Shown here: one piece after another, positions 29,704 through 38,769 of the stretch | Layout of the letters: each line of letters opens with the position of its first letter | Position numbering within the stretch: position 1 is the first letter of the stretch | Translations under genes and position numbers: made by a program | The notes under the pieces: model-generated | Database searches by the model: none | What the model saw: only the letters and a program-made list of their open reading frames with translations | Told to the model about the DNA's origin: nothing | Assembly: GCF_934574045.1 (NCBI RefSeq) | Contig: NZ_CAKTMK010000004.1 | Reading direction: 5' to 3' (one strand) | Length of the DNA stretch: 64,000 nucleotides | Source: an uncultured Oscillibacter sp. | GTDB taxonomy: Bacteria > Bacillota > Clostridia > Oscillospirales > Oscillospiraceae

Positions 29704-30645
29704 TCAGGTCTGCTCGGTCCGCCTGCCGAACTGGATGTCCCGGATGTCATACGGCGCGGTCTGGTAGACGTTGTAGTTCAGCCAGTTGGAGTACAGCAGG
29801 TTGGCGCAGGAGCGCCATGTGACCACCGGCGTCTGGGCGGGGTCGTCGTTGGGGAAGTAGTGCTTCGGAAGCTGGATGTCCGCCCCGGCGGCCACGTCCC
29901 GCAGATACTCCTTTTTCAGCGTGTCCCGGTCGTATTCGGCGTGGCCCATCAGGAAGATCTGCCGTCCGCCGTCGGTTTTTACGGCGTAGACGCCCGCCTC
30001 CGGCGAGGAGGCGAGGACTTTCAGCTCCGGAACGGCCTCGATATCCGCCCGGTCCACCGTGGTGTGGCGGGAGTGGGGGACCTGAAACCGGTCGTCAAAG
30101 CCCCGGAACAGAATGAAATTCGGGTCCTCCACTGTGTGCTCGAACACGCCGAAGAGCTTCTGCGGGAGCGGGCGCTTTGGAATGCCGTAATGATGATAAA
30201 GGCCCGCCTGCGCGCCCCAGCAGATGTGGAGCGTGGAGTGGACGTGGGTTCGGCTCCAGTCCATGATGCGGCACAGCTCCGGCCAGTAGTCCACCTCCTC
30301 AAAGGGGAGGTTCTCCACCGGCGCGCCGGTGATGACCAGCCCGTCGAAGGTGCGTTCCTTCACCTCGTCAAAGGTCTTGTAAAATGCCAGCATATGCTCG
30401 GCGGAGGTGTTTTTCGAGACGTGGCCCGTGGGGGCGATCAGCTCCAGCTCGATCTGGAGGGGCGTGTTGCCCAGCACCCGGGCCAGCTGCGTCTCCGTGT
30501 CCACCTTGGTGGGCATCAGGTTCAGCAGCAGGATCTGGAGCGGGCGGATGTCCTGCGTGATGGCGCGGGTCTCCGTCATGACGAAGATGTTTTCCCGGGT
30601 CAGCGTCTCGGTGGCCGGGAGCTGGTTTGGGATCTTAATGGGCAT
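29704..30645 (-). CDS. metA: homoserine O-acyltransferase MetA (homoserine O-acetyl/succinyltransferase)
   Basis: [11 protein letters not shown]...LLNLMP... is the MetA family N-terminus, 313 aa. RBS GGAAAGGAAGG. Confidence 0.9.
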   Translation of the reverse strand: MPIKIPNQLPATETLTRENIFVMTETRAITQDIRPLQILLLNLMPTKVDTETQLARVLGNTPLQIELELIAPTGHVSKNTSAEHMLAFYKTFDEVKERTFDGLVITGAPVENLPFEEVDYWPELCRIMDWSRTHVHSTLHICWGAQAGLYHHYGIPKRPLPQKLFGVFEHTVEDPNFILFRGFDDRFQVPHSRHTTVDRADIEAVPELKVLASSPEAGVYAVKTDGGRQIFLMGHAEYDRDTLKKEYLRDVAAGADIQLPKHYFPNDDPAQTPVVTWRSCANLLYSNWLNYNVYQTAPYDIRDIQFGRRTEQT

Positions 30646-30682
30646 GAGCGGCCCTTCCTTTCCAATGTGTTAGGGGACGCGC

Positions 30683-31971
30683 TCAGGCCTCCGTCTGCTC
30701 CAATGCCTGAGCGATATCGGCGATGAGGTCCGCGCTGTCCTCCAGTCCGCAGCTCATGCGGACCAGTCCGGCGGGGATGCCGGCGGCCTGAAGCTGCTCG
30801 TCGGTCATCTGGCGGTGGGTGGAGGTGGCCGGATTCAGACAGCAGGTCCGCGCGTCCGCCACGTGGGTCTCGATGGCGGCCAGCTTCAGATGCTTCATGA
30901 AGCAGCCCGCGGCGTCCCGCCCGCCCTTGAGCTCAAAGGACACCACGCCGCAGGAGCCGTGGGGCAGGTACTTTTCCGCCAGCGCGTGGTACTTGTCGCC
31001 GGGCAGGCCGCAGTAGCTGACCTTGGCCACCTTGGGATGCTTTTCCAGAAACTCCGCCACGGCCTGCCCGTTTTCACAGTGGCGGGCCATGCGGATGTGC
31101 AGACTCTCCAGGCCCAGATTCAGATAGAACGCGTGCTGGGGGGACTGGATGGAGCCGAAGTCCCGCATGAGCTGGGCGGTGCACTTGGTAATGAACGCGC
31201 CCTCTTTTCCGAACTTCTCCGCGTAGGTGATGCCGTGATAGCTCTCGTCCGGGGTGCACAGGCCGGGGAACTTGTCGGCGTGGGCCATCCAGTCGAACTT
31301 CCCGGAATCCACGATGGCGCCGCCCACCGCCGCGCCGTGGCCGTCCATGTACTTGGTGGTGGAGTGGGTCACAATGTCCGCGCCCCACTCGAAGGGGCGG
31401 CAGTTGACGGGCGTTGCGAACGTGTTGTCCACGATCAGGGGCACGCCGTGGCTGTGGGCCGCCCGGGCGAACTTCTCAATGTCCAGAACGGTCAGCGCCG
31501 GGTTGGCGATGGTCTCGCCGAAAACGGCCTTTGTGTTCTCCTGAAACGCGGCGTTCAGCTCCTCGTCCGTGCAGTCCGGGGCCACAAAGGTGCAGGACAC
31601 GCCCATCTTCGCCATAGTGACGGAGATCAGATTGAAAGTCCCGCCGTAAATGGAGGAGGAGGCCACGATGTGGTCGCCGCAGGAGGCGATGTTGAACAGC
31701 GCGAAGAAGTTGGCCGCCTGACCGGAGGAGGTGAGCATGGCGGCGGAGCCGCCCTCTAGCGCGGCGATCTTCGCGGCCACGAAGTCGTTGGTGGGGTTCT
31801 GGAGCCGGGTGTAGAAATAGCCGCTGGCCTCCAGATCGAAGAGCTTGCCCATGTCCTCGCTGGTGGCGTATTTGAACGTGGTGGACTGGACGATGGGGAT
31901 CTGGCGCGGCTCGCCGTTTCCGGGGGTGTAGCCGCCCTGCACACATACGGTTCCGATGCTCTGAGTGTTCA
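30683..31971 (-). CDS. metY: O-acetylhomoserine aminocarboxypropyltransferase / sulfhydrylase (PLP-dependent)
   Basis: MNTQSIGTVCVQGGYTPGNGEP... is the Cys/Met-metabolism PLP enzyme family. Start at 31971, 9 nt after AAAGGAG. Track ORF 30683..32320 extends in frame through the upstream riboswitch leader. Confidence 0.9.
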
Positions 31972-31984
31972 TTTCAAAAAACTC

Positions 31985-32280
31985 CTTTCGTTTGTACGCT
32001 CCGGGCAAAAAGAAAAGACCCCCGCCCCAAAGCGTCTGCTTTGAGACGAAAGTCTGCCGACCTCCGCGGTACCACTCAAATTGCGCGCCGTGCGGCGCGC
32101 CCCTCACAGGCTCCATCAAGCCCTCTGCCTTAACGCGGCGACACGGGAGGGCCTGTCCCTGATCGGGTTCGCCCCTCCGGCTCGGGAGCCATAGGCACTG
32201 GAAACGCCTCTCCGCCGGCTCGCACCGCCCGCCGGCTCTCTGAAGGGCCCGCGTCTCCGCCCTCTCCGTCCTTGCCTTTT
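31985..32280 (-). ncRNA. putative SAM-I (S-box) riboswitch leader with terminator, controlling metY-metA
   Basis: Read on the minus strand: AUCAAAAGGCAAGGACGGAGAGGGCGGAGACGCGGGCCCUUCAGAGAGCC ... GGUGCGAGCCGGCGGAG ... GGCUUGAUGGAG. This resembles the S-box consensus AUCAAGAG..GAGGGA.UGGCCC..GA..CC ... GGUGC.AA.UCC.GCAG ... P1 closing AUCAAG/CUUGAU. It is followed by a GC stem plus UCUUUUCUUUUUG (plus coordinates about 32017-32039) before the RBS. metY-metA is the classic S-box regulon context. Confidence 0.5.
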
Positions 32281-32292
32281 GATATTGGTGAT

Positions 32293-32320
32293 ATTTTAGC
32301 ATGACAGGCGCAAATGTCAA
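32293..32320 (-). promoter_or_regulatory. promoter candidate for riboswitch-metYA transcript
   Basis: On the minus strand: TTGACA (32315-32320), 16 nt, TAAAAT (32293-32298). Confidence 0.5.
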
Positions 32321-32396
32321 GCGGTTTTTGCGCAGGGCGGGGCCGTAAAGACTGCGGCCCGTTCCGTTACGGTCCCGCCGGAAGTGAAATCCTTGA

Positions 32397-32426
32397 TTGA
32401 CGGGGCGGCAGGTCGTGCAGTATAAT
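32397..32426 (+). promoter_or_regulatory. promoter candidate for methyltransferase gene (divergent from riboswitch promoter)
   Basis: TTGACG (32397-32402), 18 nt, TATAAT (32421-32426). Confidence 0.5.
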
Positions 32427-32466
32427 GAAAAACTGTATCAGTATGAAACAAGATGGAGGAACCGTT

Positions 32467-33330
32467 ATGTGGATCGCGGATAAATGGCGGGATTATGAGC
32501 TGCTGGACTGCGGCGGCGGCGAAAAGCTGGAGCGCTGGGACTCCCAGCTCCTGGTCCGGCCGGACCCGCAGGCCATCTGGGAGACCGACCGGGACTATCC
32601 CGGCTGGAAGCGGGCCAACGGGCGGTATCTGCGCTCCCAGACCGGCGGCGGACACTGGGAAAAGGGAAAGCTGCCGGAGAGCTGGCAGGTGCGCTACGCG
32701 GACCTGACCTTTCAGGTCAAGCCCATGAACTTCAAGCACACGGGCCTGTTCCCCGAGCAGGCGGTCAACTGGGACTTCGCCATGGAGAAGATCCGCGGCG
32801 CGGGCCGGCCCATCCGGGTGCTGAACCTGTTCGCCTACACCGGAGGCGCCACGGTGGCCTGCGCCAAGGCGGGCGCCAGCGTGTGCCACGTGGACGCGGC
32901 CAAGGGCATGGTGGCATGGGCGAAGGAGAACGCCCGCCTGTCCGGACTGGGGGACGCACCCATCCGCTGGATCGTGGACGACTGCGCCAAGTTCGTGGAG
33001 CGGGAGATCCGGCGGGGCAAGACCTATGACGCCATCATCATGGACCCGCCCAGCTATGGGCGCGGCCCCGGCGGCGAGGTCTGGAAGCTGGAGGAGAACC
33101 TGTTCGGCTTTGTGAAGCTGTGCGCGGGCGTGCTGTCCGACCGGCCGCTGTTCGTGCTCATCAATTCCTACACCACCGGCCTCGCGCCGTCGGTGCTGGG
33201 GTATCTTCTGGGGCTTCTGGTAAAGGAAAAATACGGCGGCAAGTGCATGTGGGACGAGCTGGGCCTGCCGGTGACGCGGACGGGGATGTGCCTGCCCTGC
33301 GGCGCCACGGGCCGCTGGTTCAGCGAGTGA
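32467..33330 (+). CDS. class I SAM-dependent methyltransferase (RlmI/YccW-like catalytic domain, no PUA)
   Basis: MWIADKWRDYELLDCGGGEKLERW... with AdoMet motif LNLFAYTGGATVACA and downstream DPPSYGRG. Start 32467 with GGAGGA RBS; track ORF 32425 starts within the -10 box. Confidence 0.75.
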   Translation: MWIADKWRDYELLDCGGGEKLERWDSQLLVRPDPQAIWETDRDYPGWKRANGRYLRSQTGGGHWEKGKLPESWQVRYADLTFQVKPMNFKHTGLFPEQAVNWDFAMEKIRGAGRPIRVLNLFAYTGGATVACAKAGASVCHVDAAKGMVAWAKENARLSGLGDAPIRWIVDDCAKFVEREIRRGKTYDAIIMDPPSYGRGPGGEVWKLEENLFGFVKLCAGVLSDRPLFVLINSYTTGLAPSVLGYLLGLLVKEKYGGKCMWDELGLPVTRTGMCLPCGATGRWFSE

Positions 33331-33347
33331 GCGGAAAGCGGGACGTC

Positions 33348-34196
33348 ATGGAAGCGATACTGAAAACAAAAGACCTCCAGTTCCTCTACCCGGCGGTGGA
33401 GGAGGGGGAAAAGGCCACGGTGGCGCTGCGCGGCGTGGACCTCTCCATCGAGCGCGGCTCGTTCGTGGTGATCCTGGGCCACAACGGCTCTGGGAAATCC
33501 ACCCTGTCCAAGACCTTCAACGCGATCCTGCTGCCCTCGGCGGGGGCGGTGTACGTCAAGGGGATGGACACCGCCGACGAGGGCAGCCTGCTGGACATCC
33601 GGCGCAGCGTGGGCATGGTGTTCCAGAATCCGGACAACCAGATCGTGTCCAACGTGGTGGAGGAGGACGTGGCGTTCGCACCGGAGAATCTGGGCGTCCC
33701 CACGGAGGAGATCCGCCGCCGGGTGGACGGCGCGCTGGCCGCGGTGGGGATGTCGGAGTTCGCCCAGCACGCGCCCCATCTCCTCTCCGGCGGGCAGAAG
33801 CAGCGCATCGCCATCGCGGGCGTTCTGGCCATGGAGCCGGACTGCATCGTGCTGGACGAGGCCACGGCCATGCTGGACCCCGCCGGACGGCGGGAGGTGC
33901 TGTCCACCGTTCACCGGCTCAACCGGGAAAAGGGCATCACCGCGGTGCTCATCACCCACCACATGAACGAGGCGGAGGACGCCGACCGCGTGATCGTCAT
34001 GGACGACGGGCGGGTGGTCATGGATGGCCCGCCCCGGGAGATCTTCACCCGGGTGGAGGAGCTGCGCAGTCTGGGGCTGACGGTCCCGGACACGGTGGAC
34101 CTGCTGGACCGGCTGCGCCGGGACGGGCTGGCGCTTCCGCTGGACGCGCTGAGCGTGGACGAGTGCGCGGACGCGGTGGCGGCGGCGCTGGGATAA
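33348..34196 (+). CDS. ecfA1: energy-coupling factor transporter ATPase EcfA1
   Basis: Walker A GHNGSGKST, signature LSGGQKQRIAIAG, Walker B VLDEATAMLD. Followed by ecfA2-ecfT-truA. Confidence 0.9.
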   Translation: MEAILKTKDLQFLYPAVEEGEKATVALRGVDLSIERGSFVVILGHNGSGKSTLSKTFNAILLPSAGAVYVKGMDTADEGSLLDIRRSVGMVFQNPDNQIVSNVVEEDVAFAPENLGVPTEEIRRRVDGALAAVGMSEFAQHAPHLLSGGQKQRIAIAGVLAMEPDCIVLDEATAMLDPAGRREVLSTVHRLNREKGITAVLITHHMNEAEDADRVIVMDDGRVVMDGPPREIFTRVEELRSLGLTVPDTVDLLDRLRRDGLALPLDALSVDECADAVAAALG

Positions 34197-34217
34197 CGGA
34201 ACGGAGAGGACAGAGCA

Positions 34218-35084
34218 TTGAAACCGATTTTACAGGTCAGGAACCTGACCCATACCTACGGGATCGGCACGCCCTTTGAGCGCAGCGCCGTAGAGAATAT
34301 GAGCTTTGAGGTGGCGGAGGGCGAATTTCTGGGCGTGATCGGCCACACCGGGTCCGGAAAGTCCACGCTGCTCCAGCATCTCAACGGTCTGCTGCGCCCC
34401 ACGGCGGGGCAGATCCTGCTGGACGGGAAGGACATCTGGGCGGAGCCGAAGAAGATCCGGGACGTGCGCTTCAAGGTGGGGCTGGTGTTCCAATACCCGG
34501 AGTATCAGCTCTTTGAGGAGACGGTCTATAAGGACATCGCATACGGCCCCACCAACATGGGCCGGACCGGCGAGGAGCTGGACCGCTGCGTGCGGGAGGC
34601 CGCGCGGCTGGTGGGCATCCGGGACGACCAGCTTGAAAAGTCGCCCTTTGAGCTATCCGGCGGGCAGAAGCGCCGGGTGGCGCTGGCGGGCGTTCTGGCC
34701 ATGGAGCCGCAGGTGCTGATCCTGGACGAGCCGACGGCGGGTCTTGACCCGGCAGGGCGGGAGAACCTGCTGGCCAACATCCGGGACTATCACCGCAACA
34801 AAAACGGAACGGTCGTCATGGTCAGCCACAGCATGGAGGAGGTGGCCCGCTGCGCGGACCGCATTCTGGTGCTCAAGGGCGGCCATGTGCTGACGCAGGG
34901 AACGCCCAAGGAGGTCTTTTCCCGGGCGGACGAGCTGCTCTCCGCGGGGCTGGACGTGCCCCAGATCACCCGGGTGGCTATGGCGCTCAAGGCCCGGGGC
35001 CTTGCCGTGGACCCGGCGGTGTACACCGTGGAGGATCTGGAGCGCCAGCTTCTGGCGCTGCGAAAGGGGGCGGCGGGATGCTGA
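34218..35084 (+). CDS. ecfA2: energy-coupling factor transporter ATPase EcfA2
   Basis: GHTGSGKST, LSGGQKRRVALAG, ILDEPTAGLD. TTG start with GGAGAGGA RBS. Confidence 0.9.
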   Translation: MKPILQVRNLTHTYGIGTPFERSAVENMSFEVAEGEFLGVIGHTGSGKSTLLQHLNGLLRPTAGQILLDGKDIWAEPKKIRDVRFKVGLVFQYPEYQLFEETVYKDIAYGPTNMGRTGEELDRCVREAARLVGIRDDQLEKSPFELSGGQKRRVALAGVLAMEPQVLILDEPTAGLDPAGRENLLANIRDYHRNKNGTVVMVSHSMEEVARCADRILVLKGGHVLTQGTPKEVFSRADELLSAGLDVPQITRVAMALKARGLAVDPAVYTVEDLERQLLALRKGAAGC

Positions 35085-35881
35085 AGGATATCACGCTGGG
35101 GCAGTATTTCCCCGGCGACACCGTCGCCCACTGGCTGGACCCGCGGACCAAGCTGCTGCTGGTGGTGCTCTATATCGTGGGCCTGTTCTGCGCGGACTCC
35201 GTGCTGACCTACGCCATCATGGCCGCGGCCTTCGTGCTGTGTGCCAGAGTGTCGAAGGTGGGGGCCAAGGCGCTGGTGCGGGGGCTGAAGCCGGTGCTGG
35301 TCATCATCCTGTTCACCGGCGTGCTGAACCTCTTTTTCACGCCGGGGGACTACCTCTGGCAGTTCGGCTTTCTGCACATTTCCCGGCAGGGGCTTTTCAT
35401 GGCGGCGCGGATGGTGCTGCGCATCATGCTGCTCATCATGGGAACGTTCCTGCTGACCTACACCACCAGCCCCATCCGGCTGACGGACGGGCTGGAGCGC
35501 CTGCTGGGCGGGCTGAAGCGGCTTCACGTCCCCGTCCACGAACTGGCGATGATGATGTCCATCGCCCTGCGGTTCATCCCCACGCTGATCGAGGAGACGG
35601 ACAAGATCATGTCCGCCCAGAAGGCCCGGGGCGCGGACTTTGAGAGCGGAAATATCTTTCAGAAGGCAAAGGCGCTGGTGCCGGTGCTGGTGCCGCTGTT
35701 CATCAGCGCGTTCCGCCGGGCGGACGAGCTGGCGGTGGCCATGGAGTGCCGCTGCTACCACGGCGGCGAGGGCCGCACCAAGCTCAACCCCCTGCGCTAC
35801 GCGGCGCGGGACTATTGGGCGCTGGCCGGCGGCGCGGCCGTTACGGCGGGCGTGATCGTACTGGGGCGCATGGGCCTGTGA
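35078..35881 (+). CDS. ecfT: energy-coupling factor transporter transmembrane protein EcfT
   Basis: 267-aa polytopic protein with the EcfT/CbiQ signature ...ARGADFESG.... Overlaps the ecfA2 stop. Confidence 0.85.
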   Translation: MLKDITLGQYFPGDTVAHWLDPRTKLLLVVLYIVGLFCADSVLTYAIMAAAFVLCARVSKVGAKALVRGLKPVLVIILFTGVLNLFFTPGDYLWQFGFLHISRQGLFMAARMVLRIMLLIMGTFLLTYTTSPIRLTDGLERLLGGLKRLHVPVHELAMMMSIALRFIPTLIEETDKIMSAQKARGADFESGNIFQKAKALVPVLVPLFISAFRRADELAVAMECRCYHGGEGRTKLNPLRYAARDYWALAGGAAVTAGVIVLGRMGL

Positions 35882-35966
35882 CGCCGGAAAGATCATGAGG
35901 ACCGCGCGGCGGGAGGGGACGGAGTGCGCCCCGCGTCCCGCCCCAGCGGACGGAGGAGGAAGCGCC

Positions 35967-36722
35967 ATGCGCAATATCGCACTGAAGCTGATGTATAACG
36001 GGACCGCCTACCACGGCTGGCAGGTGCAGAAAAACGCCGTGTCCGTCTGCGGGACGCTGGAAAAGGCGCTGGCGGAGGTCTGCGGCGGGCCGGTGCATCT
36101 CACCGGCTGCGGCAGGACGGACGCGGGCGTTCACGCCGAGCGGTACGTGGCCAATTTCCGGACGGAGAGCCGCATCCCCGTGGAGCGGCTGCCCTTTGCC
36201 GTCAACACCCACACGCCGGAGGACATCGCCGTGAAGGCGGCGCTGGAGGTGGACCCGGACTTCAACGCCATCGGCTCCTGCGTCAAGAAGGAGTATACCT
36301 ACCGCATCTATAACTCCACGTTCAAGAATCCATTTTATGTCAACCGGGCGTACTTCTACCCCAAGAAGCTGGACGAGGCGTTTCTGGACCGGGCGGCGGG
36401 GATGTTCGTGGGGACCCACGACTTTGCGGCGGTGCGCAGCGTGGGGACGGAGACCAGAACCACCGTCCGCACGATCTATTACTGCGGCGTGGCCCGCCGG
36501 GGAGATCTTCTGGAGCTGAAGGTCTGCGCGGACGGGTTTTTGTATAATATGGTGCGTGCCATCACCGGCACGGTGCTCTACGCGGCGGAGGGCAAGTTCG
36601 CCCCGGAGGACATCCCGGCCATTCTGGAGAGCCGGGACCGCAGCGCCGCCGGCCCCACCGCGCCGCCGGGGGGACTGTATCTGACGCGACTTTGGTATGA
36701 GGATGAGCGGCTCAATGACTGA
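35967..36722 (+). CDS. truA: tRNA pseudouridine(38-40) synthase TruA
   Basis: MRNIALKLMYNGTAYHGWQ...GRTDAGVHA catalytic Asp motif. Start 35967 with GGAGGAGGA RBS. Track ORF 35895 is an extension. Confidence 0.9.
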   Translation: MRNIALKLMYNGTAYHGWQVQKNAVSVCGTLEKALAEVCGGPVHLTGCGRTDAGVHAERYVANFRTESRIPVERLPFAVNTHTPEDIAVKAALEVDPDFNAIGSCVKKEYTYRIYNSTFKNPFYVNRAYFYPKKLDEAFLDRAAGMFVGTHDFAAVRSVGTETRTTVRTIYYCGVARRGDLLELKVCADGFLYNMVRAITGTVLYAAEGKFAPEDIPAILESRDRSAAGPTAPPGGLYLTRLWYEDERLND

Positions 36723-37896
36723 CAAGCGAAACGACATCTGGAATGACGACGACGAGGAGGACCGCCCGAAAAAGCGGAGCCGCCTGCGCAGCGTGCTGCT
36801 GTTTTTCCTGCTGCTGGCGGCGGTTTTGCTGGTGGTGCTGGCCGCGGCGTGGCGGGACGGCACCGGGCTGGATGCGCTGCGCCGCTATTTTGCCTATGGC
36901 CGGAGCGAGGGCGGCGGCTCTGCCGACTACACCTACGATGCGTCCACGTCCAACCGCTTTGCAAAGCTGGGCGACACGCTGGTGATCCTCTCGGACACGA
37001 TGCTCACCCTGCGGGACGGCGGCAATACGGTCTGGTCCGCGCCCGTGAGCATGAGCGCACCCGCGCTCAGCGCGGCGGGGGACCGGGCGGTGGCCTATGA
37101 CGTGGGCGGGACGGAGCTTTACGTGGTGAGCGCGGAGGGCCTTGTCTACCAGCTCACGGCGGCGGAGACGGAGCCGTTCGTCTCCGCGTCGCTGAACGGA
37201 TCCGGAGAGCTGGCGGTGACGGCCCAGAAGCAGGGCTACAAGGCCGCCGCCGCCGTGTACGACGCGGCGGGCGGACTGCTCTACGAGTTCAAGTCCGCCA
37301 AGCGGTTTTTGTCCAATGCCTATGTCACCGACGACGGAAAGTATCTGGCTGCGGTGACGCTGGGCCAGTCCGGCGGGGCCTTTGCCTCCGGCGTGGCGCT
37401 CTACGCGCTGACCGACGAGCAGGAGCCGGCCGCGGAGTGGTCGGCGCCGGGGATGTGCTACGACGTCGGCTCGGTGGACGGCAGCCTTGCCCTTTTGTGC
37501 GGAGACGGCCTGTATTTCAGCGCCGACGGCCGGGAGCAGACCGCTTCCTATTCCTACGCAGGGTCCTATCTGCGGGAGTTCGACTTGCGGGGCGGGGAGG
37601 GATACGCGCTGCTGCTGCTGGGGCGCTATCAGTCCGGCAGCGTGGGCCGGCTCGTCACGGTGGGGCCGGACGGGCAGGAGCTGGCGTCCCTGAACGTCAG
37701 CGACGAGATCCTGAGCATCTCCGCCGCGGGACGGTACATCGCCGTGCTCTACGCCGACCGTCTGGCCATCTACACGCCCCAGCTGGAGCAGTACGCCGCC
37801 CTGAACGGGACGGATTACGCCCGGGAGGCGCTGGTCAGCGGAGACGGCTCGGCGCTGCTGCTGGCGGCGGAGCGGGCGGTCCGTTTTTTGCCGTGA
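36697..37896 (+). CDS. membrane-anchored hypothetical protein (acidic N-terminus, single TM, beta-rich extracytoplasmic domain)
   Basis: No recognised domain. TM segment VLLFFLLLAAVLLVVLAAAW. An alternative start at 36715 (MTDKRND) follows GAGGATGAG. Overlaps the truA 3' end. Confidence 0.6.
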   Translation: MRMSGSMTDKRNDIWNDDDEEDRPKKRSRLRSVLLFFLLLAAVLLVVLAAAWRDGTGLDALRRYFAYGRSEGGGSADYTYDASTSNRFAKLGDTLVILSDTMLTLRDGGNTVWSAPVSMSAPALSAAGDRAVAYDVGGTELYVVSAEGLVYQLTAAETEPFVSASLNGSGELAVTAQKQGYKAAAAVYDAAGGLLYEFKSAKRFLSNAYVTDDGKYLAAVTLGQSGGAFASGVALYALTDEQEPAAEWSAPGMCYDVGSVDGSLALLCGDGLYFSADGREQTASYSYAGSYLREFDLRGGEGYALLLLGRYQSGSVGRLVTVGPDGQELASLNVSDEILSISAAGRYIAVLYADRLAIYTPQLEQYAALNGTDYAREALVSGDGSALLLAAERAVRFLP

Positions 37897-37964
37897 ATGC
37901 ACAGATTTTCATGCGGTTTTTGACGGGATTCACGAAAAATTCATGAGCGGAGAGGTAGGCAAAC

Positions 37965-38708
37965 TTGAAAATAGCTGTTATAATAGACTGCACGATCGCC
38001 GCGGTGCTGCTGGGTTTTGTGATTTACGGCGCGTGGCGTGGCCTGTTCCGCGCCGTGGCGGGACTGCTGATCGCGGTTCTGTCGCTGACGGGGGCCATGT
38101 TCGCTGCCCGTGAGCTGACCCCGGCGGCGACGGAGCTGATCCGCCCGGTGATCCAGAGCGCGGTGACCCAGCGGGTGGACGACGCACTCCACGGGGACTC
38201 CTCTGAAAATGCGGAGGCCGGGGAGCCGGAGGAAGCACCGCAGGAAGCGCCCCAGGAGAGCGCCGCGCCGGACGGCGGGCCGTCCCGGCTTCAGGCCGAC
38301 CAGCTCCTGCGCCTGATGGGCTGGGACGAGGGAGCCGCGCAGGCGCTGGCCGAAAAAGCGGAGGACCGGGTCCGGCAGACCGGCGTGTCCCTTGCCATGG
38401 CGGTGGTGGACAGCGTGATGGAATCCTTTGTCTACATGGTGCTGCTGGTGGTGTCCTTCCTCGTCCTGTCGCTTTTGCTGCACCTTGCGGCCAAGGCGCT
38501 GGATCTGGCCGCGCGGCTGCCGGGCGTCAGCTTCCTCAACGGGCTGGGCGGCGCGCTGGCGGGCCTTGTGCAGGGCGGGCTGGTGATCTTTCTGGCGGTG
38601 TGGCTGCTGCGCTGCCTGAAGGCCGCGCCCGGGGCCGAGCTGGTGGAGCAGACGCACGTTCTGCGCTTTTTCATGACCAGCAGCCCGCTGGACCTGCTGT
38701 TTTACTGA
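37965..38708 (+). CDS. cvpA: CvpA family (colicin V production) membrane protein
   Basis: MKIAVIIDCTIAAVLLGFVIYGAWRGLFRAV... is CvpA-like, with 4 TM segments and an acidic central insert. TTG start. Confidence 0.75.
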   Translation: MKIAVIIDCTIAAVLLGFVIYGAWRGLFRAVAGLLIAVLSLTGAMFAARELTPAATELIRPVIQSAVTQRVDDALHGDSSENAEAGEPEEAPQEAPQESAAPDGGPSRLQADQLLRLMGWDEGAAQALAEKAEDRVRQTGVSLAMAVVDSVMESFVYMVLLVVSFLVLSLLLHLAAKALDLAARLPGVSFLNGLGGALAGLVQGGLVIFLAVWLLRCLKAAPGAELVEQTHVLRFFMTSSPLDLLFY

Positions 38709-38769
38709 TCTGCGCATTTTCCGGTGAGACGCTCCGCGTCCGCCGTGATTCTGGAGGTATACGAATACG

